Counted from the first letter of the stretch, positions 20,251 to 30,263 are shown. The stretch: 64,000 nt of DNA from a virus (IMGVR_UViG_3300045988_128407:78035-142034); one strand, 5' to 3'. Numbers and translations: made by a program. The notes: generated by a model from the sequence alone, not told the origin.

Positions 20251-20805
20251 TGGAATTAAAAGATTCAGTCAGGGTAATGACTAAAGAAGAGTTCGAATCA
20301 GCAATCAACGAAGATATTAAATTCGTTGAAGGAATTAAGCATTTTTTTTAAACATGATGATGCTACGAGGGTAATGGAACACGTAAAGTCCGTGTTAGAG
20401 GCATCAGTAGACTACCACTACCCGAATCATCCTGAACCTGAAGCAGAACCTGGAGACATGGGAGAGGTTTCTGATGGATACCATACTTTCAATGAATTGT
20501 ATCGGTACCGCATGTTGTATAATGCCGCCTTCTTTAATCTATTAGCCAGAAACGGACAGGTTGAAGTTTGCAAATCAAGGAGACACAGCGATGGAGAAAA
20601 ATGCTTCGGTTCTGATGATTGGTTTATTGTGATGGCGATCCTACCTACCGGTCAGGTATCTAATCACTATGAAAGCAAATACTGGGATTTGTTTGATGTT
20701 CCTGAAAGAGAAACCGCTTTCGAATACGATGGCCATACACCAAATGAAGCCTCCGACAGACTTGAAAAGTATCTCAAACTGCCTCGTCGTGGCATGACAT
20801 TCTAA
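20250..20805 (+). CDS. hypothetical protein encoded in two frames joined at a T8 tract (20342-20349); would need a +1 shift, or a T7 allele
   Basis: ATG 20250 overlaps upstream stop (TAATG). That frame ends ..CAT TTT TTT TAA; the 159-aa ORF continues in the +1 frame from AAA CAT GAT. Confidence 0.35.
20342..20349 (+). repeat. T8 homopolymer at frame junction
   Basis: Counted directly in sequence. Confidence 0.9.
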
Positions 20806-20939
20806 CAGGCTTTAGAACGGCTTAAATTAGGTCGTAAGATAAAAAGAATCGATTGGGGTAAAAAGTATATCTGTATATCCGAAATAACATTAAAACAATA
20901 TAATTTCATTATAAGGTTTTAATGTACCATAAATGGTCC

Positions 20940-21136
20940 GGATATTAGCCTAAGCCTTGAAACGAAGGCTACGTTATTTGAGAATAGATAGTTACCTACG
21001 GATGTTTGCCCAAGTCCGTAGCCCTAAGGCAAGCGATTAAACAGGAGTAGTATATTTGGTGAAACAGTGTTGCCTGCAAGTAAACCTCTTATAACATTGG
21101 CGATGGGTACTAACAGGATGAAATATTCCTGATTTA
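20940..21136 (+). ncRNA. omega-RNA-like structured non-coding element immediately upstream of the IscB remnant (copy A of a ~200-bp repeat)
   Basis: No ORF. Local hairpins GCCTT/AAGGC and CTACGGA/TCCGTAG; GGCAA/TTGCC closes a 45-nt segment; CAGGA/TCCTG near the 3' end. About 90% identical to the reverse complement of 50683-50880. Confidence 0.4.
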
Positions 21137-21167
21137 TGTTGAATAAACATTAAAAACGTTTGTAGAT

Positions 21168-21650
21168 ATGGTGTACGTACAAGACATAAATGGTAAACCG
21201 ATGATGCCAACAACGAGGCATGGTAAGGTTAGGAGACTGCTTAAAGATAAAAAGGCAGTCGTTGTGAACCTATGTCCGTTTACCATCAAATTAATGTACG
21301 TCACATCCGATTACAAACAAGAAATTGTGTTAGGCGTTGATGCTGGAACTAAGCATGTTGGTCTATCAGCTACAACGAAAAGCAAAGAACTTTACAGTAG
21401 TGAAGTGATCCTTAGAAATGATATCGTAGATCTTTTGTCTACCAGAAGGGAGCTACGAAGAGCAAGACGGAACAGGTTAAGATATAGAAAACCTCGTTTT
21501 AATAATAGAATAAAAAGCAAGCGTCCAGGATGGACAGCACCTTCGGTGAAGTACAAAATAGACGCCCATATTCGTGTTTATGATAGAGATGAGATGAAAT
21601 TGATATATAGTATAAAAAATAGTATCTTGAAAGAAATGTTTATCATATGA
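21168..21650 (+). pseudogene. iscB: truncated IscB/IsrB-family N-terminal fragment (PLMP-like motif + RuvC-I + Arg-rich bridge helix), 160 aa
   Basis: GKPMMPTTRHGKVRRLLKDKKAVVV; IVLGVDAGTKHVGLS; RRELRRARRNRLRYRKPRFNNRIKSKRPGWTAPS. ORF ends before any RuvC-II/HNH/RuvC-III region. Confidence 0.6.
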
Positions 21651-21709
21651 TTACCAAGCAGGACATATCATAAAAAAATGGCGGAATTGAACTATTTAAA
21701 CAAATAATA

Positions 21710-21744
21710 AAGTCGGGTACGTAAGTTATCCGACTTTTTTTTTA
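21710..21744 (+). terminator. rho-independent terminator after the IscB remnant
   Basis: AAGTCGG..CCGACTT stem followed by TTTTTTTTT. Confidence 0.6.
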
Positions 21745-21754
21745 TATTTGTGGC

Positions 21755-22078
21755 ATGGCAAGAGGTTATTATTGGATACCGCAGACAGATGAAACGTTAA
21801 ATGGCAGAAGCTATTACGTGGCTAAGATAGTAGGAGATATCACGTTTGATACTAAACGAAAAAGAATCGTATTTCAAGCTGATAGGTATTTCCCTGTAGG
21901 ATCTGTTTTCCATTTTACGCACAATTGCTTCAATTATATCATAACTTGCCGACTTCGTAAGCCGGGGCTTTGGTTTGAAGCCAGGAGAGAGGATTCGGGC
22001 CCTATTTGCCCTGAAGATATTGAGCGCTTTGAATCGGGAAGGTTTATACACCGAGATGGGTACATGCATTACATATAA
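21755..22078 (+). CDS. hypothetical protein (107 aa)
   Basis: ATG ORF; the antisense ORF over it is judged spurious. Confidence 0.3.
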   Translation: MARGYYWIPQTDETLNGRSYYVAKIVGDITFDTKRKRIVFQADRYFPVGSVFHFTHNCFNYIITCRLRKPGLWFEARREDSGPICPEDIERFESGRFIHRDGYMHYI

Positions 22079-22190
22079 GCTGAACTTGACGATTTTTCGT
22101 CAGATTATAATTTTTTTTTCATATTATTTTTAAGCCATCAGACTGAGAAGTTAGATGGCTTTATTTTCTATGATATGCTTGATTTTTAAC

Positions 22191-22198
22191 TACCTTTG
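22191..22198 (+). promoter_or_regulatory. Bacteroidota-type -7 motif (TAccTTTG) upstream of the 2140-aa gene
   Basis: TAnnTTTG consensus about 25 nt upstream of ATG 22222. Confidence 0.3.
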
Positions 22199-22221
22199 TC
22201 TCATAACAAAAATGTTTTACT

Positions 22222-25200
22222 ATGACATCAACGTGTATTATTAAAAGAGATAATAAAAAGAAAGTTGTTTCTGTCTCTACCAGATCAGGGGACAGGTCTA
22301 TGTTGTTTGATAAGATAGCATCTATTCCTCTTATGGAGAACAGGGAACGGGCTACTACTGTTTTTAAAACCGTATTTTCTAATAAGTTCTTAAAGGCTTT
22401 TGGTGACTGGAGAAGGAATGTACCTGTTAATAAACAGGCTTATAATAAGGTAAAATCCAACATCGGCCTTATTCCGGAAGCCTATAGAGAAAGGGTGCTG
22501 GATAAGGCTTCTAAGATGAGTAATCCTATTCTTGTGTCAAAATCAGATGCACCTTATGAAATCCGAGAATCGGGCTTTGGATTTTACAGCCAAGATCTGG
22601 GTGATAATATTATGTTGGTGGATGCTATGGTTCCGTCAAGTATTTCTGTACCGGAAGGACCTGGAATAGACGCCGGACAGTATCTACAAGATGCTATATC
22701 TTCGGACTTTACTCCCGTATTTATGGTACAGGATAAGGGTGTTAATTATATGGTTATAAAAGACGGTCTTAAGATATTTAGCCCAGAAGAGTTACCAGAA
22801 ACAGATTCTAATCCCGTGGGTGTAACATATCAGACCGGAGAGCCTCGTTTGTTTTTCATGAACGATCGTAGTCAATTATTTGAAGATTACGGAGAAGCTC
22901 TTCGCTCTGGCGGGAATGATATTAGAATAGGATTCTTATCAGGCACCGTTCAAGAATCTGCCTGGGATGGCGTGGCAGACATTACTTACAAGGCTGGAAA
23001 GTATGTTCTTAATAATCCCAAGTCTTTTATACCGGTCATGACCGCTTCTGCTTCTACTTCTTTATCAACGAAAGGTGGGATAATTAACTACCTTATAAAG
23101 AAAGGTCTTTTATCAGGATCTAAGATATTCGATTCGGAAACAAGAAGCTATTATCTTACAGGAGAAGGGCATACAGGACAAATTAGACTTTTCAATTCAG
23201 CCTTATCCTACACCGAGCTCCGTAATCATTTTGGTTCCGATGTTTCCATGAACGACCAAGGTATGATAACCATAAGCTCGTTGGATAATAGTAAGGTAAC
23301 TATGAGACTCGCCACCGGAGGAACGGAAAGGGTTAGCAAAGAGCAGATAAAGAACGATCTTAAGTCGGGGAGATACAATGAATTGGACGCCAAGTACGAT
23401 CATTTTGATGCGCTTGTAGTTTCATTCATATTAGAAGACAACGATCTTTATGCTGATACTAAAGCTAAGATCGTATCAGATTATAGCAGGCAGGAACGTG
23501 ATCAACGAAATTCTATTGTCGAGATACTGAAAACGCTTGGCGTTAGTGTCATAGGTATGACCGACTATATAGAGAAGTACCAAACCAAATACGGGCATGA
23601 ACCTTCTGTTAAGGCATTGGCGGATATTGCCAATAACGTAATAGCAGTTGGTGAAGATGCTACTTTATCTGATTTAGTAGAAGAAACAGCCCACTTCCTT
23701 GTAGAGGCATACAGAGATCAGAATGCTGTTGAGGCTGTTCTGCAAGATGTAGAAGGTACGGAAGAGTGGAACCAGTATGCTGGTCAGTATTATAATACAT
23801 ACGGTAAGGTATATGAGGGAGCTGAGCTTGATAATGCTGTTAGGAGAGAAATTCTTGGAAAGATCCTTGCCAGGGAGATGCAGACCGGCACAGCACAGGC
23901 GCCGGTAGAGCCCACCTCCTTCCTGGGGCGCGTCCGGCAGCTTTTCTCTGGAATCGTAAGCTGGCTTAAATCAGCTTTATCTACTCAAAGACAAGATTTG
24001 AATAACGTTATTAAAAACATTCGTGATCTTGCCATTACTGACATAGATAAAGGATTTGACCCCTCTCTGTTAAAGGATAATGACTTTACATTATACTCCC
24101 TTTCTTCTATGAATAAGAACAAGTTTCTTGAGTCTAAGATCCGGGCATTAAGAAAAACCTTAAGAGACTTGCGTCAGATAAGCTCTGATAGGGCTGTAAC
24201 TACGTCTATGACCCTTGCTCAGCTTAAGACCATAGAAGATAAGATAAATAAGGTAGAGACCGAAATAGACAAGAATGAGATGGCGGCTGCCATGAACAGC
24301 ATGATCTCTACAGCCGAAGCTCAGGTCAGATACTTAAGTAATGTGGTGAACACCATCCTTCATGGTGATACCAAAGACGGTAAGCTTCACTTCAATACCA
24401 ATGATCGAAAGAACGTAGATATTATCAACAATCAGGTTCTTCCGATCATGAACGATCTTCGAGGATATATCCGTAACAGAAGTACCGAATTTGATGAACG
24501 TGAAAAGCAGGATTATACAAATAGGATCAATACCGTCATTGCCGACATTAATGGTATTCAATCTGATATTAAATCAGTACAAGACCTTGATGAAAGTACG
24601 TTGCTTGATAAGTTAATGAACGAACTTCATGTGCCGGCAGATAAGGTAAAGAGAGTAAAAGAATTTTTTGACAAAGTTCAACATGATGTCTCTTGGATAA
24701 GTAGGTGGTTCGGTATATTAGAGCATTCTTCCAGTCCGTTCAATAACGCTCTTGGAGCTATGATTGCCAAAGACAATTACAATGCGATGGTGAATGCCCA
24801 GCCCGCCATATCCGACTTCCTGGCATATGCTAAAAAGCATGGTTTTAACAAATCTGAATTTGAAAAACTGCTTCAGAAAGTAGACGGCAAAACTTCTAAT
24901 TACCTTCGTAGTGCTCTTGATATGGCTAAATACGATCGTAATAAGAAGTTGGCGCAGATGCGAGCGTTTGCGACTGCCATGAACATAGAGATATCAGAAG
25001 AAGAAATTGGTGATGTGGTTGACAATAACCGTAATTACGTATTTAAAAGAGAAGTAGTTGACAAGGATGGAAATACGGTTACTGAAAACGCTAAATTCAA
25101 ACCATCGTCTGATAGGGTTAATACCGATATTTTTACCATCGAGCAGGAAAAGATCTATACAGAACAGATGGAAAAGTGGGATGCTGAAAATTCGGAACTG

Positions 25201-28200
25201 GAATTTAGCGAAAGTTATGCCACAAGAATGGAATCCATATACAAAAAGGCTGAAGAAGAATTAGGGCATCCGGTTTCTCAAACAACTAAAGAATACCTTA
25301 ATGCTCTATCCAGGCAAAAACGGATATTGAGGCAGCCTTTTATTGATAGCGGTGGTAATTTTGATGAGGTTGCCTACTATAAGAGTAGTAACTACGAAGA
25401 AGAAGGACTGCTTCGTAAACAACGTAAGGAAGCAGCTTCGGAATACATATATGTTGGTACCAGACGTGTTGAAAAAACCGGAGACCAACTTAAGATGGCC
25501 AAAGAAATACAAGCCATAAATGAAGTTTGGAGAAAGGAATCAAATAATGTCACTAATGCCGTATCAGAATCGTTTTTGCAAAAATTAAGAACGATTCAGA
25601 GCGAGTCTGGAGGAGAAGCTGCGCTGAAGACGCTTATGTTGGGAGGTCACCTGTCATTTAACGATCGGTTTTGGAATGACGTAGAATCGGAACAGTCGGC
25701 GCGTACCGAATCAAATAACAAGGCTTCGTATCTTAAAATGGCGCATGATATCATTAGTTCTACGACAAGTGATAGAGATGCGACTGACGTGGACTCGATT
25801 GTAAAAGATATAGAAAAAAATAAGGCCATTATCAAGGAAATAATTGGAAACAATCGCGATGTGGCTGATATCGGAGAGATTAACGAAGCGACATTTACCT
25901 CATCTGAAAGAGATGCTTTTAGGGCCGCATCTGAAGCTATTGAAGCCGATTACGCTATTTTGATAGATTATGCTAAGATGGTGGGTCTTGAAGATATTGA
26001 TAAGTACCTTACTAAAAGCAGTAAGGCTGAAAACGAAGTAAATCAGTCTTATTTAAATGCTCTTGCTGACTCCAAGGAAGTGGAATGGAAGTTCGTACAA
26101 CGTCATACTACGGCGAAGAAAGCAAAAAGGATTCAGGCTTTAAGGGATAAGCTGTTTAAGGCTGCTGATAACCGATATCTGTTTACCGTATCTGAAACCA
26201 ACTACCTGTCAGAAAAGCTTGGTATAAGCAAAGAATTAGACGGTAGAGATTTCAGGAATGCTGTTAATGCTAAGATGGCCAGTTTATTTTTAAATAATAC
26301 AAGAGAAGAGGGCGTAGAAGAAGCTAATGCTATTGTTAATGAATTTGCCAGAAGCCAGGTTTTTTCGTACTATAAACGCATGGCGCCTACCGGATATGCA
26401 GCTATGATCGACAAAATCGGTCGAGGTGAGATAGATGTGGCGCAAATGGTTAAGGACGTACAAAACGGTACATCCACCCAAGATTATGGCATGGACATAT
26501 CGTACTTGTCTTTCGACCCTGCAAGGGCATGGGTGGCTGAATCTGAAGCCGAAAATAGCGGTCGTAATCCTGATTATGTAAAAGATCATGGGTATGGTCA
26601 TCGAATGCCTAAGAAAAGCCTGTATCGTGATGAATCGTATTTCAATGACTTTGGTATCAAGTATGATGCTGACGGTAATGAAGTTGCTACTAAAAACGTA
26701 GAGCAGTGGAATATGATTCAAAAACTCAAGGAAATAAAAAGACAATCCCTTGATCTATACAAAGAGCAGAGCCCGAACCTGTATGCTATTCCACAGATAT
26801 CAAAACAAGACATAGAACGTATGGAAGGATTGGGTATTAACTTCAAAAATACGGTTCGTAATTTTGTATCAGATCTGTGCCTGGACAGAGTAGACGACTC
26901 TTTATACGGTAAAACCAGACAAGGAGAAGTGTATGATCCGGAAGACAGACTTAGGTCTATACCTAAATACTACATATATGAATTGGAGAACCAAGATGAT
27001 GTATCTCACGATTTTGGTTACTCTTATTCGATGCTTATGATGCAATCATCGTTATACAACGAAAAGCAGAAGTCTATAGAGCTTGCCCAAGGACTGGAGC
27101 AGATGTTACTGAATAAACAATTTGAGGGCGGTAAGAAGGCTGAAGCAACCCAAGCATATCAGATGTTCAGGGACTTCTTCAACGATCATTATTATGGCAT
27201 TAGGATGAACACCAAAAAACTTACGGTGAATATCGGAGGATATACGGTAGACCTTACAAGAATTATGATGGCTGTTGAAAGATTTATGTCGGTTATGAAC
27301 CTGGCACTGTCTCCGTTTGTGGCAGCTACCGGCGCCCTGACAGGTCATATCAATCTCATCATGGAATCTGCCGTAGGACAGTATATAAGCAAAGACTCCC
27401 TTAAATACGCATCGGCTGAGTTTTCACGTCTTGCGCCATCTTGTATAGCAGAAACCGGAGACATAGATAGGAAAAGCAAATTATATGTCATAGGTGAGAG
27501 AATGGGGATATTCAATATCCGAAATCGTATGTATGGTGCCGGATACAATAGAGCGGCCAGGACCTTAATGCGTTCGCCTATGTATGCTTTTATGGAAATC
27601 CTGAACTACCCTCTTGATCCGCAGGTTATGATTGCTACTATGGACAATGTTCGTTATTACAAAGGTCGGTTCTACACGTTCCAAGATTTCAAGATGGAAA
27701 AAGAACGTAATAAAGAACAGAGTACCATAAAAAGAGAATGGAATGCATTAAAAGATCGTACTTTATGGAGTATGGTAGACGTCGTGGATGGGAAGGTGGT
27801 TGTAAAGCCAGGATCGGGTGTTACTGTTGAGGAAGTTGAAACCCAGATGGCTATAACCAGAAATCAAGTTCGTAGCTTGTCGCAGATATGTAACGGATCT
27901 TTGAATGAAGAAAACCGAACTGCCGCATCGCGCAACTGGATAGCCAGGTTCATGACCGCCCACCGAGGATGGTTGGTGCTGGCGGCTCAACGTCTGTGGA
28001 AAAGACGTGGCTTCAATTTCCAAACAATGCAAGAAGAGGAAGGACTGTCAATTACGTTAAAGAATATGATAGCCAAAACATTTAGCTTAGCTTCCGAGTC
28101 TGGTATGAAAAACATCATAGATGCCTGGAACGAAAATAAAGACAATATGAATGAGGTAGAAAAAACTAATCTCAAACGCCTCAGTGTCTATGCCGGCACG

Positions 28201-28644
28201 TTCCTTATCATGCAAGCCGTATCCATGCTTCTTGCCGGATGGCGTGATGATGATGAAAACGAAGAAAGTTGGCTTACTCAATTTGGATCTTACGTTGGAT
28301 TCAGAACCATAAACGAAATAGCTTCACAGATGCCGTTTATTATGGAGCTTAACGTTGTAGATATCATTAACGACCCGTTTGTCATGGGGCGGAAGTTGAA
28401 GGATCTTACTGATCTTAGGAATTACTCACTTGATAAAGTAACATCCGGCACATACAAAGGAGAGTCTAAGTTATTTAGGCAACTCGCCAAACAGACGTTT
28501 ATCAAACAATGGTATAATATCAAGACGCCGGAAGACGTAGCGCGCGCCTATAATTGGTGGCAGCAGACAAACAACAAGTCAATGATGTTCTTCATCGGCG
28601 CTACTCCTGATTCGGAAGGAGACGATGACGTTAGTTACAAATAG
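22222..28644 (+). CDS. giant virion protein (2140 aa); crAss-like virion-RNAP / tail-associated candidate
   Basis: Single uninterrupted 6.4-kb ORF; size class matches giant virion proteins of crAss-like phages (recalled from literature, not confirmed here). Confidence 0.6.
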   Translation: MTSTCIIKRDNKKKVVSVSTRSGDRSMLFDKIASIPLMENRERATTVFKTVFSNKFLKAFGDWRRNVPVNKQAYNKVKSNIGLIPEAYRERVLDKASKMSNPILVSKSDAPYEIRESGFGFYSQDLGDNIMLVDAMVPSSISVPEGPGIDAGQYLQDAISSDFTPVFMVQDKGVNYMVIKDGLKIFSPEELPETDSNPVGVTYQTGEPRLFFMNDRSQLFEDYGEALRSGGNDIRIGFLSGTVQESAWDGVADITYKAGKYVLNNPKSFIPVMTASASTSLSTKGGIINYLIKKGLLSGSKIFDSETRSYYLTGEGHTGQIRLFNSALSYTELRNHFGSDVSMNDQGMITISSLDNSKVTMRLATGGTERVSKEQIKNDLKSGRYNELDAKYDHFDALVVSFILEDNDLYADTKAKIVSDYSRQERDQRNSIVEILKTLGVSVIGMTDYIEKYQTKYGHEPSVKALADIANNVIAVGEDATLSDLVEETAHFLVEAYRDQNAVEAVLQDVEGTEEWNQYAGQYYNTYGKVYEGAELDNAVRREILGKILAREMQTGTAQAPVEPTSFLGRVRQLFSGIVSWLKSALSTQRQDLNNVIKNIRDLAITDIDKGFDPSLLKDNDFTLYSLSSMNKNKFLESKIRALRKTLRDLRQISSDRAVTTSMTLAQLKTIEDKINKVETEIDKNEMAAAMNSMISTAEAQVRYLSNVVNTILHGDTKDGKLHFNTNDRKNVDIINNQVLPIMNDLRGYIRNRSTEFDEREKQDYTNRINTVIADINGIQSDIKSVQDLDESTLLDKLMNELHVPADKVKRVKEFFDKVQHDVSWISRWFGILEHSSSPFNNALGAMIAKDNYNAMVNAQPAISDFLAYAKKHGFNKSEFEKLLQKVDGKTSNYLRSALDMAKYDRNKKLAQMRAFATAMNIEISEEEIGDVVDNNRNYVFKREVVDKDGNTVTENAKFKPSSDRVNTDIFTIEQEKIYTEQMEKWDAENSELEFSESYATRMESIYKKAEEELGHPVSQTTKEYLNALSRQKRILRQPFIDSGGNFDEVAYYKSSNYEEEGLLRKQRKEAASEYIYVGTRRVEKTGDQLKMAKEIQAINEVWRKESNNVTNAVSESFLQKLRTIQSESGGEAALKTLMLGGHLSFNDRFWNDVESEQSARTESNNKASYLKMAHDIISSTTSDRDATDVDSIVKDIEKNKAIIKEIIGNNRDVADIGEINEATFTSSERDAFRAASEAIEADYAILIDYAKMVGLEDIDKYLTKSSKAENEVNQSYLNALADSKEVEWKFVQRHTTAKKAKRIQALRDKLFKAADNRYLFTVSETNYLSEKLGISKELDGRDFRNAVNAKMASLFLNNTREEGVEEANAIVNEFARSQVFSYYKRMAPTGYAAMIDKIGRGEIDVAQMVKDVQNGTSTQDYGMDISYLSFDPARAWVAESEAENSGRNPDYVKDHGYGHRMPKKSLYRDESYFNDFGIKYDADGNEVATKNVEQWNMIQKLKEIKRQSLDLYKEQSPNLYAIPQISKQDIERMEGLGINFKNTVRNFVSDLCLDRVDDSLYGKTRQGEVYDPEDRLRSIPKYYIYELENQDDVSHDFGYSYSMLMMQSSLYNEKQKSIELAQGLEQMLLNKQFEGGKKAEATQAYQMFRDFFNDHYYGIRMNTKKLTVNIGGYTVDLTRIMMAVERFMSVMNLALSPFVAATGALTGHINLIMESAVGQYISKDSLKYASAEFSRLAPSCIAETGDIDRKSKLYVIGERMGIFNIRNRMYGAGYNRAARTLMRSPMYAFMEILNYPLDPQVMIATMDNVRYYKGRFYTFQDFKMEKERNKEQSTIKREWNALKDRTLWSMVDVVDGKVVVKPGSGVTVEEVETQMAITRNQVRSLSQICNGSLNEENRTAASRNWIARFMTAHRGWLVLAAQRLWKRRGFNFQTMQEEEGLSITLKNMIAKTFSLASESGMKNIIDAWNENKDNMNEVEKTNLKRLSVYAGTFLIMQAVSMLLAGWRDDDENEESWLTQFGSYVGFRTINEIASQMPFIMELNVVDIINDPFVMGRKLKDLTDLRNYSLDKVTSGTYKGESKLFRQLAKQTFIKQWYNIKTPEDVARAYNWWQQTNNKSMMFFIGATPDSEGDDDVSYK

Positions 28645-28781
28645 ACGAAGAATATCGGACTTGCATTGTTTTTGTATGATTCCAATATGTTATATTAGCA
28701 TCGTCAAAGAGTAGATTGTACGTTTTTTTGTTCTTACTTGAAAGATTATGTAGGTTTAATTTTTTCTGAAATTGTTTTCTT

Positions 28782-28823
28782 ACCGGTTCTCAGTCAGAGA
28801 TGATAGGGAACCGGTTTCTTTTA
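28782..28823 (+). terminator. rho-independent terminator after the 2140-aa gene
   Basis: ACCGGTTC..GAACCGGT stem followed by TTCTTTT. Confidence 0.5.
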
Positions 28824-28858
28824 TGTTGTCAATTATTGCTATCTTGCAAACAAAAATC

Positions 28859-28915
28859 ATGAGACGAAGATTTCAAATAGGGATGGGGGGTAAATCCCTC
28901 GCTTATAATCAATAA
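28859..28915 (+). CDS. tiny ORF MRRRFQIGMGGKSLAYNQ (copy 2 of MRRRF leader motif, contains a G6 tract 28885-28890)
   Basis: ATGAGACGAAGATTTCAAATAGGGATGGGGGG matches copy 1 over about 35 nt. Confidence 0.15.
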   Translation: MRRRFQIGMGGKSLAYNQ

Positions 28916-28937
28916 AGGCATATACATCCAACATGTA

Positions 28938-29477
28938 GATGGAGGATTATATACAAAAGAAAATTGGTCTAATAAAGGATATTCCAATGATCTATGCAAT
29001 GGAATAGCTCTTGTAGATAAAGTGTGTTTTGTTATAGCCACCGAATATATTGGCACATTTCGTTGGGGTAAGGATGGAGATATAGACAATATATTTGCAC
29101 AAGATAGTTCTAATATGGGAACTATTAAAAAGGATTATTGGGGGCGTGAAAATCAGAATGCGTATCTTGAATATGATACCAGTAATACAGATTACGCTTT
29201 TAATAAAGCTAATAGCTATTTATTTAAAAATGGTCAAAATGGATATGTAGGTGGCGCCGGAGAGTTTTTTTTGATATCATTGTATGCTAATGAAATAAAC
29301 GAATGCCTTTTAATGGTAGGAGGTACGATAATGAGTAATAGAATGTGGACATCCACTCGAAATGAAAAATTTTCCTATTCGTGGTATTATGATATAAACA
29401 TCCAAGGAGATCATTTGGATACAGGTTCAAGGGGTAGTTCACATTATGTCCGTCCTTTTACTGAATTAATTTTATAA
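28938..29477 (+). CDS. hypothetical protein, DUF1566-like C-terminal region (ATG 28938 upstream of the track's GTG start)
   Basis: GAGEFFLISLYANEINECLLMVGG..MWTSTRN..HYVRPF pattern resembles DUF1566/Lcl C-terminal-domain proteins (recalled). Confidence 0.35.
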   Translation, partial: DGGLYTKENWSNKGYSNDLCNGIALVDKVCFVIATEYIGTFRWGKDGDIDNIFAQDSSNMGTIKKDYWGRENQNAYLEYDTSNTDYAFNKANSYLFKNGQNGYVGGAGEFFLISLYANEINECLLMVGGTIMSNRMWTSTRNEKFSYSWYYDINIQGDHLDTGSRGSSHYVRPFTELIL

Positions 29478-29481
29478 AATT

Positions 29482-30218
29482 ATGAGAAGAAGATTTGAAA
29501 ATAATGCTAAACTATATGAGTATAAGATAGTTAGCGATTGTATAGGGGGGGGGTAATCGTAGAAGGAAAGAAAGTAGGCACCATTCCACAGGGCGGGCAA
29601 TTTATCTTTCTGTCTAAAAAAGAACGGCTGGATTCCATAAGTGTCCAAGGCGGTGTTCCAATGGAAGATAGGCAAGAGATTGATAGTCAGGTTGATACGA
29701 CAGAGGAATTGCTTGAACAGGATTCGGTGGTTCTTGCTATTGCTTTAACAACCTCTCCTTATTATGGATTTAGAGTAAGTGTGATAGCACCTGATGAGTT
29801 TACGCTAAGAACAACCAATAGGATTAATAGAACCTTTTTAATAACAAGCTTTACTCCACCTGCTGCTATATACGGTGTAAACTTTGGTGATCCTATTGTC
29901 CTTAATTATGATAGTTACCAATATGAGATGCCAGATCTTGTAATTGATGGACCTCATGATAGAATAGTTAGGGCAGATCCTAATCTTACTTGGGTTGTAA
30001 GATGTACAGACGCCGACTTTACACCTTTGCCATATCCAGAATCATGGTCTGGCCAAGGTTTAAATTCTATGTTCTTATCAGAAATGAAACGTCTTGCTCC
30101 TGGTGATCATCATGTATCATATACAGCTTATATTAATTTGGACTTGATAGATGATGGCGGAAGTAAAGTTCATACTGAATATCTGATATTAGAAAAAACA
30201 CTTAATTTTACGATATGA
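29482..30218 (+). CDS. hypothetical protein whose ATG-initiated leader (MRRRFENNAKLYEYKIVSDCIGGG) is separated from the 226-aa body by a G9 tract; needs a -1 shift or a G10 allele
   Basis: Frame A reads ATA GGG GGG GGG TAA; the body frame begins GTA ATC GTA two nt later. The body otherwise has only a TTG start. Confidence 0.35.
29545..29553 (+). repeat. G9 homopolymer at frame junction
   Basis: Counted directly in sequence. Confidence 0.9.
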
Positions 30219-30263
30219 CAACAATCCCTAACCGTACGCCTATTGTATGGTTGGGGATTGTTG
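30219..30263. terminator. long hairpin at the convergent junction of the two gene blocks (bidirectional-terminator candidate)
   Basis: CAACAATCCCTAACC..GGTTGGGGATTGTTG, about 14 bp. Confidence 0.45.
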
